From Eledone cirrhosa (Eukaryota), in assembly GCA_964016885.1 (NCBI GenBank), contig OZ024742.1, forward strand, positions 346,890,001-346,954,000: 64,000 nt of DNA, given 5' to 3'. The notes under the pieces are model-generated. The model worked only from the letters and a program-made list of their open reading frames with translations. It was not told the origin of the DNA and searched no databases. The translations under genes were made by a program, and so were the position numbers. Of this stretch, positions 1-14,220 are shown piece after piece (positions within the stretch are counted from its first letter, which is position 1; every line of letters starts with the position of its first letter).

Positions 1-3000
1 CAACATTAAGATACTTGTAATATAAGCCTAAATTAAGATACTCGTAATATAACCCTACATTAAGATACTTGTATTATAAGTCTACATTAAGATACTTGTA
101 TTATAAGCCCACATTAAGATATTTTTAATATAAGCCTTCATTAAGATACTTGTAATATAAGCCTACATTAAGATACTTGTAATATAAGCCTACATTAAGG
201 TACTTGTATTATAAGCCTACATTAAGATACTTGTATTCTAAGCCCACATTAAGATACTTGTAATATAAGCCTACATTAAGATACTTGTAATATAAGCCTA
301 CATTAAGATACTTGTAATATAAGCCTACATTAAGATACTTGTAATATAAGCCTACATTAAGATACTTGTAATATAAGCCAACATTAAGATACTTGTAATA
401 TAAGCCTACATTAAGATACTTGTATTATAAGCCGACATTAAGATACTTGTAATATAAGCCTACATTAAGATACTTGTATTATAAGCCCACATTAAGATAC
501 GTGTAATATAAGCCAACATTAAGATACTTGTAATATAAGCCTACATTAAGATACTCGTAATATAAGCCTACATTAAGATACTTGTAATATAAGCCCACAT
601 TAAGATACTTGTAATATAAGCCAACATTAAGATACTTGTAATATAAGCCTAGATTAAGATACTCGTAATATAAGCCTGCATTAAGATACTTGTAATATAA
701 GCCAACATTAAGATACTTGTAATATAAGCCTACATTAAGATACTTGTAATATAAGCCAACATTAAGATACTTGTAATATAAGCCTACATTAAGATACTTG
801 TATTATAAGCCGACATTAAGATACTTATAATATAAGCCTACATTAAGATACTTGTATTATAAGCCCACATTAAGATACGTGTAATATAAGCCAACATTAA
901 GATACTTGTAATATAAGCCTACATTAAGATACTCGTAATATAAGCCTACATTAAGATACTTGTAATATAAGCCAACATTAAGATACTTATATTATAAGCC
1001 CACATTAAGATACTTGTAATATAATCCCACATTAAGATACTTGTAATATAATCCCACATTAAGATACTTGTAATATAAGCCCACATTAAGATACTTGTAA
1101 TATAAGCCAACATTAAGATACTTGTAATATAAGCCTACATTAAGATACGTGTAATATAAGCCGACATTAAGATACTTGTAATATAAGCCTACATTAAGAT
1201 ACTTGTAATATAAGCCTACATTAAGATACTTTTAATATAAGCCTACATTAAGATACTTGTAATATAAGCCAACATTAAGATACATGTAATATAAGCCTAC
1301 ATTAAGATACTTGTAATATAAGCCTACATTAAGATACTTGTAATATAATCCCACATTAAGATACTTGTAATATAAGCCAACATTAAGATACTTGTAATAT
1401 AAGTCTACATTAAGATACGTGTATTATAAGCCTACATTAAGATACTTGTAATATAATCCCACATTAAGATACTTGTAATATAAGCCTTCATTAAGATACT
1501 TGTAATATAAGTCTACATTAAGATACTTGTAATATAAGCCTACATTAAGATACGTGTAATATAAGCCCACATTAAGATACTTGTAATATAAGCCTACATT
1601 AAGATACTTGTAATATAAGCCGACATTAAGATACTTGTAATATAAGCCTACATTAAGATACTTGTAATATAATCCCACATTAAGATACTTGTAATATAAG
1701 CCCGCATTAAGATACTTGTAATATAAGCCGACATTAAGATACTTGTATTATAAGCCAACATTAAGAAACTTGTAATATAATCCCGCATTAAGATACTTGT
1801 AATATAATCCCACATTAAGATACGTGTAATATAAGCCTACATTAAGATACGTGTAATATAAGCCAACATTAAGATACTTGTAATATAAGCCTGCATTAAG
1901 ATACTTGTAATATAAGCCTACATTAAGATACTTGTATTATAAGCCTACATTAAGATACTTGTAATATAAGCCAACATTAATATACTTGTAATATATGCCT
2001 ACATTAAGATACTCGTAATATAAGCCCACATTAAGATACTTCTAATATAAGCCTACATTAAGATACTTGTGTTATAAGCCGACATTAAGATACTTGTAAT
2101 ATAATCCCTCTTTAAGATACTTGTAATATAATCCCACATTAAGATACTTGTAATATAAGCCAACATTAAGATACTTGTAATATAAGCCTACATTAAGATA
2201 CTTGTAATATAAGCCCGCATTAAGATACTTGTAATATAAGCCCGCATTAAGATACTTGTAATATAATCCCACATTAATATACTTATAATATAATCCCACA
2301 TTAAGATACGTGTAATATAAGCCTTCATTAAGATAGGTGTAATATAAGTCAACATCAAGATACTTGTAAGATAAGCCTACATTAAGATACTTGTAATATA
2401 AGCCTACATTAAGATGCTTGTATTATAATCCTACATTAAGATACTTGTATTATAAGCCAACATTAAGATACTTGTAATATAAGCCTACATTAAGATACTT
2501 GTATTATAAGCCTACATTAAGATACTTGTATTATAAGCCCACATTAAGATACTTGTAATATAATCCCACATTAAGATACTTGTAATATAATCCCACATTA
2601 AGATACTTGTTATATAATCCAACATTAAGATACTTGTATTATAAGCCTATATTAAGATACTTGTAATATAAGCCTACATTAAGATACTTGTAATATAAGC
2701 CAACATTAAGATACTTGCAATATAAGCCAACATTAAGATACTTGTAATATAAGCCGACATTAAGATACTTGTAATATAATCCCACATTAAGATACTTGTA
2801 ATATAAGTCTACATTAAGATACTTGTATTATAAGCCTACATTAAGATACTTGTATTATAATCCCACATTAAGATACTTGTAATATAAGCCTACATTAAGA
2901 TACTTGTATTATAAGCCCACATTAAGATACTTGTATTATAAGCCCACATTAAGATACTTGTAATATAAGCCTACATTAAAATACTTGTATTATAAGCCCA

Positions 3001-6000
3001 CATTAAGATACGTGTAATATAAGCCAACATTAAGATACTTGTAATATAAGCCTAAATTAAGATACTCGTAATATAACCCTACATTAAGATACTTGTATTA
3101 TAAGTCTACATTAAGATACTTGTATTATAAGCCCACATTAAGATATTTTTAATATAAGCCTTCATTAAGATACTTGTAATATAAGCCTACATTAAGATAC
3201 TTGTAATATAAGCCTACATTAAGGTACTTGTATTATAAGCCTACATTAAGATACTTGTATTCTAAGCCCACATTAAGATACTTGTAATATAAGCCTACAT
3301 TAAGATACTTGTAATATAAGCCTACATTAAGATACTTGTAATATAAGCCTACATTAAGATACTTGTAATATAAGCCTACATTAAGATACTTGTAATATAA
3401 GCCAACATTAAGATACTTGTAATATAAGCCTACATTAAGATACTTGTATTATAAGCCGACATTAAGATACTTGTAATATAAGCCTACATTAAGATACTTG
3501 TATTATAAGCCCACATTAAGATACGTGTAATATAAGCCAACATTAAGATACTTGTAATATAAGCCTACATTAAGATACTCGTAATATAAGCCTACATTAA
3601 GATACTTGTAATATAAGCCCACATTAAGATACTTGTAATATAAGCCAACATTAAGATACTTGTAATATAAGCCTAGATTAAGATACTCGTAATATAAGTC
3701 TACATTAAGATACGTGTAATATAAGCCTACATTAAGATACTTGTATTATAAGCCAACATTAAGATACTAGTAATATAAGCCCACATTAAGATACTTGTAA
3801 TATAAGCCAACATTAAGATACTTGTAATATAATCCTACATTAAGATACTTGTATTATAAGCCCACATTAAGATACTTTTAATATGATTCCACATTACGAT
3901 ACTTGTTATATAATCCCACATTGGGATACTTGTAATATTAGCCTATATTAAGATACTTTTAATATAAGCCTACATTAAGATACTTGTATTATAAGCCTAC
4001 ATTAAGATACTTGTATTATAAGCCCACATTAAGATACTTGTAATATAATCCCACATTAAGATACTTGTAATATAATCCTACATTACGATACTTGTTATAT
4101 AATCCCACATTAAAATACTTGTAATATAAGCCGACATTAAGATACTTGTAATATAAGCCAACATTAAAATACATGTAATATAAGCCTACATTAAGATACT
4201 TGTAATATAAGCCTACATTAAGATACTTGTAATATAATCCCACATTAAGATACTTGTAATATAAGCCAACATTAAGATATTTGTAATATAAGCCAATATT
4301 AAGATACTTGTAATATAAGCCTACATTAAGATACTTGTAATATAATCCCACATTAAATACTTGTAATATAAGCCAACATTAAGATACTTGCAATATAAGT
4401 CTACATTAAGATACTTGTAATATAAGCCTATATTAAGATACGTGAAATATAAGCCCACATTAAGATACTTGTAATATAAGCCTACATTAAGATACTTGTA
4501 ATATAAGCCGACATTAAGATACTTGTAATATAAGCCTACATTAAGATACTTGTAATATAATCCCTCATTAAGATACTTTTAATATAAGCCCACATTAAGA
4601 TACTTGTAATATAAGCCTTCATTAAGATACTTGTATTATAAGCCTACATTAAGATACTTGTAATATAATCCCACATTAAGATACTTGTAATATAATCACA
4701 CATTATGATACGTGTAATATAAGCCTGCATTAAGATACGTGTAATATAAGCCAACATTAAGATACTTGTAATATAAGCCTGCATTAAGATACTTGTAATA
4801 TAAGCCTACATTAAGATACTTGTATTATAAGCCTACATTAAGATACTTGTAATATAAGCCAACATTAAGATACTTGTAATATAAGCCTACATTAAGATAC
4901 TCGTAATATAAGCCCACATTAAGATACTTCTAATATAAGACTACATTAAGATACTTGTATTATAAGCCGACATTAAGATACTTGTAATATAATTCCACAT
5001 TAATATACTTATAATATAATCCCACATTAAGATACGTGTAATATAAGCCTTCATTAAGATACGTGTAATATAAGTCAACATCAAGATACTTGTAATATAA
5101 GCCTACATTAAGATACTTGTAATATAAGCCTACATTAAGATACTTGTAATATAAGCCTACATTAAGATACTCGTAATATAAGCCTACATTAAGATACTTG
5201 TATTATAAGCCTACATTAAGATACTTGTATTATAAGCCCACATTAAGATACTTGTAATATAAGTCCATATTAAGATACTTGTAATATAAGCCTACATTAA
5301 GATACTCGTAATATAAGTCTACATTAAGATACGTGTAATATAAGCCTACATTAAGATACTTGTATTATAAGTCAACATTAAGATACTTGTAATATAAGCC
5401 AACATTAAGATACTTGTAATAAAAGCCAACATTAAGATACTTGTATTATAAGCCTACATTAAGATACTTGTAATATAAGCCTACATTAAGATACTTGTAA
5501 TATAAGCCAAAATTAAGATACTTGTAATATTAGCCAACATTAAGATACTTGTAATATAAGCATACATTAAGATACTTGTAATATAAGCCTACATTAAGAT
5601 ACTTGTAATATAATCCCACATTAAGATACTTGTAATATAAGCCCGCATTAAGATACTTGTAATATAAGCCGACATTAAGATACTTGTATTATAAGCCAAC
5701 ATTAAGATACTTGTAATATAATCCCGCATTAAGATACTTGTAATATAATCCCACATTAAGATACGTGTAATATAAGCCTACATTAAGATACGTGTAATAT
5801 AAGCCAACATTAAGATACTTGTAATATAAGCCTGCATTAAGATACTTGTAATATAAGCCTACATTAAGATACTTGTATTATAAGCCTACATTAAGATACT
5901 TGTAATATAAGCCAACATTAATATACTTGTAATATATGCCTACATTAAGATACTCGTAATATAAGCCAACATTAAGATACTTCTAATATAAGCCTACATT

Positions 6001-9000
6001 AAGATACTTGTATTATAAGCCGACATTAAGATACTTGTAATATAATCCCTCTTTAAGATACTTGTAATATAATCCCACATTAAGATACTTGTAATATAAG
6101 CCAACATTAAGATACTTGTAATATAAGCCTACATTAAGATACTTGTAATATAAGCCCGCATTAAGATACTTGTAATATAAGCCTTCATTAAGATATTTGT
6201 AATATAAACCCACATTAATATACTTATAATATAATCCCACATTAAGATACGTGTAATATAAGCCTTCATTAAGATACGTGTAGTATAAGTCAACATCAAG
6301 ATACTTGTAAGATAAGCCTACATTAAGATACTTGTAATATAAGCCTACATTAAGATGCTTGTATTATAATCCTACATTAAGATACTTGTATTATAAGCCC
6401 ACATTAAGATACTTGTAATATAAGCCTACATTAAGATACTTGTATTATAAGCCTACATTAAGATACTTGTATTATAAGCCCACATTAAGATACTTGTAAT
6501 ATAATCCCACATTAAGATACTTGTAATATAATCCCACATTAAGATACTTGTTATATAATCCCACATTAAGATACTTGTAATATAAGCCGACATTAAGATA
6601 CTTGTAATATAATCCCACATTAAGATACTTGTAATATAAGCCTACATTAAGATACGTGTAATATAAGCCAACATTAAGATACTTGTAATATAAGCCAACA
6701 TTAAGATACTTGTAATATAAGCCAACATTAAGATACTTGTAATATAAGCCAACATTAAGATACTTGTATTATAAGCCTATATTAAGATACTTGTAATATA
6801 AGCCTACATTAAGATACTTGTAATATAAGCCAACATTAAGATACTTGCAATATAAGCCAACATTAAGATACTTGTAATATAAGCCTACATTAAGATACTT
6901 GTAATATAAGCCTACATTAAGGTACTTGTATTATAAGCCTACATTAAGATACTTGTATTCTAAGCCCACATTAAGATACTTGTAATATAAGCCTACATTA
7001 AGATACTTGTAATATAAGCCTGCATTAAGATACTTGTAATATAAGCCAACATTAAGATACTTGTAATATAAGCCTACATTAAGATACTTGTAATATAAGC
7101 CAACATTAAGATACTTGTAATATAAGCCTACATTAAGATACTTGTATTATAAGCCGACATTAAGATACTTATAATATAAGCCTACATTAAGATACTTGTA
7201 TTATAAGCCCACATTAAGATACGTGTAATATAAGCCAACATTAAGATACTTGTAATATAAGCCTACATTAAGATACTCGTAATATAAGCCTACATTAAGA
7301 TACTTGTAATATAAGCCAACATTAAGATACTTATATTATAAGCCCACATTAAGATACTTGTAATATAATCCCACATTAAGATACTTGTAATATAATCCCA
7401 CATTAAGATACTTGTAATATAAGCCCACATTAAGATACTTGTAATATAAGCCAACATTAAGATACTTGTAATATAAGCCTACATTAAGATACGTGTAATA
7501 TAAGCCGACATTAAGATACTTGTAATATAAGCCTACATTAAGATACTTGTAATATAAGCCTACATTAAGATACTTTTAATATAAGCCTACATTAAGATAC
7601 TTGTAATATAAGCCAACATTAAGATACATGTAATATAAGCCTACATTAAGATACTTGTAATATAAGCCTACATTAAGATACTTGTAATATAATCCCACAT
7701 TAAGATACTTGTAATATAAGCCAACATTAAGATACTTGTAATATAAGTCTACATTAAGATACGTGTATTATAAGCCTACATTAAGATACTTGTAATATAA
7801 TCCCACATTAAGATACTTGTAATATAAGCCTTCATTAAGATACTTGTAATATAAGTCTACATTAAGATACTTGTAATATAAGCCTACATTAAGATACGTG
7901 TAATATAAGCCCACATTAAGATACTTGTAATATAAGCCTACATTAAGATACTTGTAATATAAGCCGACATTAAGATACTTGTAATATAAGCCTACATTAA
8001 GATACTTGTAATATAATCCCACATTAAGATACTTGTAATATAAGCCCGCATTAAGATACTTGTAATATAAGCCGACATTAAGATACTTGTATTATAAGCC
8101 AACATTAAGAAACTTGTAATATAATCCCGCATTAAGATACTTGTAATATAATCCCACATTAAGATACGTGTAATATAAGCCTACATTAAGATACGTGTAA
8201 TATAAGCCAACATTAAGATACTTGTAATATAAGCCTGCATTAAGATACTTGTAATATAAGCCTACATTAAGATACTTGTATTATAAGCCTACATTAAGAT
8301 ACTTGTAATATAAGCCAACATTAATATACTTGTAATATATGCCTACATTAAGATACTCGTAATATAAGCCCACATTAAGATACTTCTAATATAAGCCTAC
8401 ATTAAGATACTTGTGTTATAAGCCGACATTAAGATACTTGTAATATAATCCCTCTTTAAGATACTTGTAATATAATCCCACATTAAGATACTTGTAATAT
8501 AAGCCAACATTAAGATACTTGTAATATAAGCCTACATTAAGATACTTGTAATATAAGCCCGCATTAAGATACTTGTAATATAATCCCACATTAATATACT
8601 TATAATATAATCCCACATTAAGATACGTGTAATATAAGCCTTCATTAAGATAGGTGTAATATAAGTCAACATCAAGATACTTGTAAGATAAGCCTACATT
8701 AAGATACTTGTAATATAAGCCTACATTAAGATGCTTGTATTATAATCCTACATTAAGATACTTGTATTATAAGCCAACATTAAGATACTTGTAATATAAG
8801 CCTACATTAAGATACTTGTATTATAAGCCTACATTAAGATACTTGTATTATAAGCCAACATTAAGATACTTGTAATATAATCCCACATTAAGATACTTGT
8901 AATATAATCCCACATTAAGATACTTGTTATATAATCCAACATTAAGATACTTGTATTATAAGCCTATATTAAGATACTTGTAATATAAGCCTACATTAAG

Positions 9001-12000
9001 ATACTTGTAATATAAGCCAACATTAAGATACTTGCAATATAAGCCAACATTAAGATACTTGTAATATAAGCCGACATTAAGATACTTGTAATATAATCCC
9101 ACATTAAGATACTTGTAATATAAGTCTACATTAAGATACTTGTATTATAAGCCTACATTAAGATACTTGTATTATAATCCCACATTAAGATACTTGTAAT
9201 ATAAGCCTACATTAAGATACTTGTATTATAAGCCCACATTAAGATACTTGTATTATAAGCCCACATTAAGATACTTGTAATATAAGCCTACATTAAAATA
9301 CTTGTATTATAAGCCCACATTAAGATACGTGTAATATAAGCCAACATTAAGATACTTGTAATATAAGCCTAAATTAAGATACTCGTAATATAACCCTACA
9401 TTAAGATACTTGTATTATAAGTCTACATTAAGATACTTGTATTATAAGCCCACATTAAGATATTTTTAATATAAGCCTTCATTAAGATACTTGTAATATA
9501 AGCCTACATTAAGATACTTGTAATATAAGCCTACATTAAGGTACTTGTATTATAAGCCTACATTAAGATACTTGTATTCTAAGCCCACATTAAGATACTT
9601 GTAATATAAGCCTACATTAAGATACTTGTAATATAAGCCTACATTAAGATACTTGTAATATAAGCCTACATTAAGATACTTGTAATATAAGCCTACATTA
9701 AGATACTTGTAATATAAGCCAACATTAAGATACTTGTAATATAAGCCTACATTAAGATACTTGTATTATAAGCCGACATTAAGATACTTGTAATATAAGC
9801 CTACATTAAGATACTTGTATTATAAGCCCACATTAAGATACGTGTAATATAAGCCAACATTAAGATACTTGTAATATAAGCCTACATTAAGATACTCGTA
9901 ATATAAGCCTACATTAAGATACTTGTAATATAAGCCCACATTAAGATACTTGTAATATAAGCCAACATTAAGATACTTGTAATATAATCCCACATTAAGA
10001 TACTTGTAATATAATCCCACATTAAGATACTTGTAATATAAGCCCACATTAAGATACTTGTAATATAAGCCAACATTAAGATACTTGTAATATAAGCCTA
10101 CATTAAGATACGTGTAATATAAGCCGACATTAAGATACTTGTAATATAAGCCTACAGTAAGATACTTGTAATATAAGCCTACATTAAGATACTTTTAATA
10201 TAAGCCTACATTAAGATACTTGTAATATAAGCCAACATTAAGATACATGTAATATAAGCCTACATTAAGATACTTGTAATATAAGCCTACATTAAGATAC
10301 TTGTAATATAATCCCACATTAAGATACTTGTAATATAAGCCAACATTAAGATACTTGTAATATAAGTCTACATTAAGATACTTGTAATATAAGCCTACAT
10401 TAAGATACGTGTAATATAAGCCCACATTAAGATACTTGTAATATAAGCCTACATTAAGATACTTGTAATATAAGCCAACATTAAGATACTTGTATTATAA
10501 GCCTATATTAAGATACTTGTAATATAAGCCTACATTAAGATACTTGTAATATAAGCCAACATTAAGATACTTGCAATATAAGCCAACATTAAGATACTTG
10601 TAATATAAGCCGACATTAAGATACTTGTAATATAATCCCACATTAAGATACTTGTAATATAAGTCTACATTAAGATACTTGTATTATAAGCCTACATTAA
10701 GATACTTGTATTATAATCCCACATTAAGATACTTGTAATATAAGCCTACATTAAGATACTTGTATTATAAGCCCACATTAAGATACTTGTATTATAAGCC
10801 CACATTAAGATACTTGTAATATAAGCCTACATTAAAATACTTGTATTATAAGCCCACATTAAGATACGTGTAATATAAGTCAACATTAAGATACTTGTAA
10901 TATAAGCCTAAATTAAGATACTCGTAATATAACCCTACATTAAGATACTTGTATTATAAGCCTACATTAAGATACTTGTATTATAAGCCCACATTAAGAT
11001 ATTTGTAATATAAGCCTTCATTAAGATACTTGTAATATAAGCCTACATTAAGATACTTGTAATATAAGCCTACATTAAGGTACTTGTATTATAAGCCTAC
11101 ATTAAGATACTTGTATTCTAAGCCCACATTAAGATACTTGTAATATAAGCCTACATTAAGATACTTGTAATATAAGCCTACATTAAGATACTTGTAATAT
11201 AAGCCTACATTAAGATACTTGTAATATAAGCCTACATTAAGATACTTGTAATATAAGCCAACATTAAGATACTTGTAATATAAGCCTACATTAAGATACT
11301 TGTATTATAAGCCGACATTAAGATACTTGTAATATAAGCCTACATTAAGATACTTGTATTATAAGCCCACATTAAGATACGTGTAATATAAGCCAACATT
11401 AAGATACTTGTAATATAAGCCTACATTAAGATACTCGTAATATAAGCCTACATTAAGATACTTGTAATATAAGCCAACATTAAGATACTTATATTATAAA
11501 CCCACATTAAGATACTTGTAATATAATCCCACATTAAGATACTTGTAATATAATCCCACATTAAGATACTTGTAATATAAGCCCACATTAAGATACTTGT
11601 AATATAAGCCAACATTAAGATACTTGTAATATAAGCCTACATTAAGATACGTGTAATATAAGCCGACATTAAGATACTTGTAATATAAGCCTACATTAAG
11701 ATACTTGTAATATAAGCCTACATTAAGATACTTTTAATATAAGCCTACATTAAGATACTTGTAATATAAGCCAACATTAAGATACATGTAATATAAGCCT
11801 ACATTAAGATACTTGTAATATAAGCCTACATTAAGATACTTGTAATATAATCCCACATTAAGATACTTGTAATATAAGCCAACATTAAGATACTTGTAAT
11901 ATAAGTCTACATTAAGATACTTGTAATATAAGCCTACATTAAGATACGTGTAATATAAGCCCACATTAAGATACTTGTAATATAAGCCTACATTAAGATA

Positions 12001-12645
12001 CTTGTAATATAAGCCCACATTAAGATACTTGTAATATAAGCCTACATTAAGATACTTGTAATATAATCCCACATTAAGATACTTGTAATATAATCCCACA
12101 TTAAGATACTTGTAATATAAGCCCACATTAAGATACTTGTAATATAAGCCTACATTAAGATACTTGTAATATAAGCCCACATTAAGATACTTGTATTATA
12201 AGCCGACATTAAGATACTTGTAATATAATCCCACATTAAGATACTTATAATATAATCCCACATTAAGAAACGTGTAATATAAGCCCACATTAAGATACGT
12301 GTAATATAAGCCAACATTAAGATACTTGTAATATAAGCCCACATTAAGATACTTGTAATATAAGCCCACATTAACATACTTGTAATATAAGCCAACATTA
12401 AGATACTTGTAATATAAGCCTACATTAAGATACTTGTAATATAAGCCTACATTAAGATACTTGTAATATAATCCCACATTAAGATACTTGTAATATAAGC
12501 CTACATTAAGATACTTGTAATATTATCCCACATTAAGATACTTGTAATATAAGCCTACAATAAGATACTTGTAATATAAGCCAACATTAAGATACTTGTA
12601 ATATAAGCCCACACTAGGATACTTGTAATATAAGGCCGCATTCAA
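1..12645. repeat. 27-bp tandem satellite (consensus CATTAAGATACTTGTAATATAAGCCTA), roughly 465 monomers, open at the window start
   Basis: Continuous 27-bp periodicity read directly. It degenerates at about 12610-12645. There is one 1-bp deletion near 4357. Confidence 0.98.
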
Positions 12646-13254
12646 GAAACCATAAGAGAAATATCAACGCACACACGCACTTGATTAGTCAAAGATAGAT
12701 TTATGAAGGCCCGTCACCAACTGAATTCAATGGAATCCTGGCCTGTTGGACCCACCTCCATCTTCAGAAACTATAATTATATACTCTTAAAATATACATT
12801 ATTTTGTTAAAATCTAATTACTATGTCCTTCTTATCTAAAAAACGAAAAAGCTTAATTTTAAAACTAACTACTTCTGAATGACTTTGTCGTGACTGGTTG
12901 TTGTAAGAAAGTATTTTGATATTTGGTTGCAGCAAGGAGGTCCTTTTAATCTAATGATATTTATATTCTCTCTGTCAGTGTGGATTATTTCGCTGGGTTT
13001 TCTGTTACTCTTTGGTATTTAAAATACGTTCATCTTAGTGTTTAAATTAAAATAATAAGAGATAGACGGAAACATAATAATAAGAAATATATATTTTGTT
13101 GGAATTTTTTTAATTCTATCAAAAGGCGGCAAGTTCCCCATGTCTGGGTGTTGGACTTGTGATCGTGAGTTGTACTCTCAATCACTTAGCACCAATGACG
13201 TCCGAATAAACATCTGCTGAACATCTGAGCTTGCTAATCTACTCTTAATATAAT

Positions 13255-13430
13255 AATTGTTTCTACTTTTGGCACAAACCCAGCTATTACCCAGTTCATT
13301 ACTGGTACTTTATTCTATCGACCCCGTAAAGTTAACCTCGGCGGGATTTGAACTCAGATCATAAAGGGCCGTAACTCTATGCTGCAAAGCATGGCGTCCG
13401 ACCCTCTACCGATACTGCCAATCCACCAAT
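13255..13430 (-). mobile_element. tRNA-derived SINE with Meta-like central domain (octopus OR-type)
   Basis: Reverse complement of the ...GAGTTCAAATCCCGCCGAGGTTAACTTT...GGGGTCGATA... repeat seen at 20815 and 22780. It contains a B-box-like GAGTTCAAATCCC. Confidence 0.7.
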
Positions 13431-13444
13431 AACAGTTACTGATT

Positions 13445-13625
13445 TAGGCCAGCAATTTTGCTGGGAGGGGAAAGTCGATTAAATTGACCCCAGTGTGTAG
13501 CTGGTACTTTATTTTATCGACCCCGTAAGGATGAAAAGTAAAGCTAACCTTGGCGCGATTTGAACTATTTGAACGCCACAAAGGATGTTGTCCGACGCTC
13601 TACCGATTACTGCTAATCCACCGTT
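13445..13625 (-). mobile_element. SINE, same family as 13255-13430
   Basis: GGTACTTTATTTTATCGACCCCGTAAGGATGAAA is the reverse complement of the family core. Confidence 0.7.
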
Positions 13626-13759
13626 AATATATATATATTGTTTATTCAAGTAGACACAATCACTGAGCCATGACCACCTTAATATTTGACACAATTATTA
13701 TTATTATTTGTCATATGATACTTACGTATTGGAGAACTTAGAACATTTTTTGCATAATC

Positions 13760-13975
13760 ACGTGATCATTTTCAACCAAGCCTTTTTGTATCGGTCACCG
13801 CTGATACCTTAGGCATCCCCGGACCCCGTACAGTCGAGCTCCTCCGTAAAGTTGGTACGTCAACAATCCGTCTGAAGAAGGAGTCCCACGAGGTGGGGTG
13901 ACTATTACAGTGGGTGTCGCTGGCCATTGTCCGCGGAAATGCTCTTGCAGTTTTGTCTGTGAGGTGCAATCGAAC
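13760..13975 (+). pseudogene. 3' fragment of a CRE-like (RLE) non-LTR retrotransposon ORF
   Basis: Manual translation from 13785 gives FVSVTADTLGIPGPRTVELLRKVG...G*LLQWVSLAIVRGNALAVL. This resembles the F.P..ETLG..G...QR.S.A..RGNA C-terminus of CRE-clade endonucleases. One in-frame stop. Confidence 0.6.
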
Positions 13976-14220
13976 ATCGCTTCGCCTTGGCCTAGCGTCT
14001 GCCACCCTCTCCCGTTCCCCCTCACTTTTTTCCGTGGCCTAATAGTCCTTGCCCTTCCCCTCCTTTACACCACTTTCCTTACAGCCAGATCCTCCCTCCT
14101 TTACCTTTACGCTCATTTTTCATTACTTAATGCTGTTTTTATCTTTTTTTAATATTTCCACCCACCAAATTGTTTGGTAAACAGATATGAAATTCTCTCA
14201 ATAAAAACTAAGGAAATCGA

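Noticed and set aside
1424-12477. GLYYKYLNV-repeat ORFs on the - strand
   Set aside because: Artefact of a 27-bp (9-codon) satellite. Stops appear at random through a common A/T variant, and there is no unique coding sequence.
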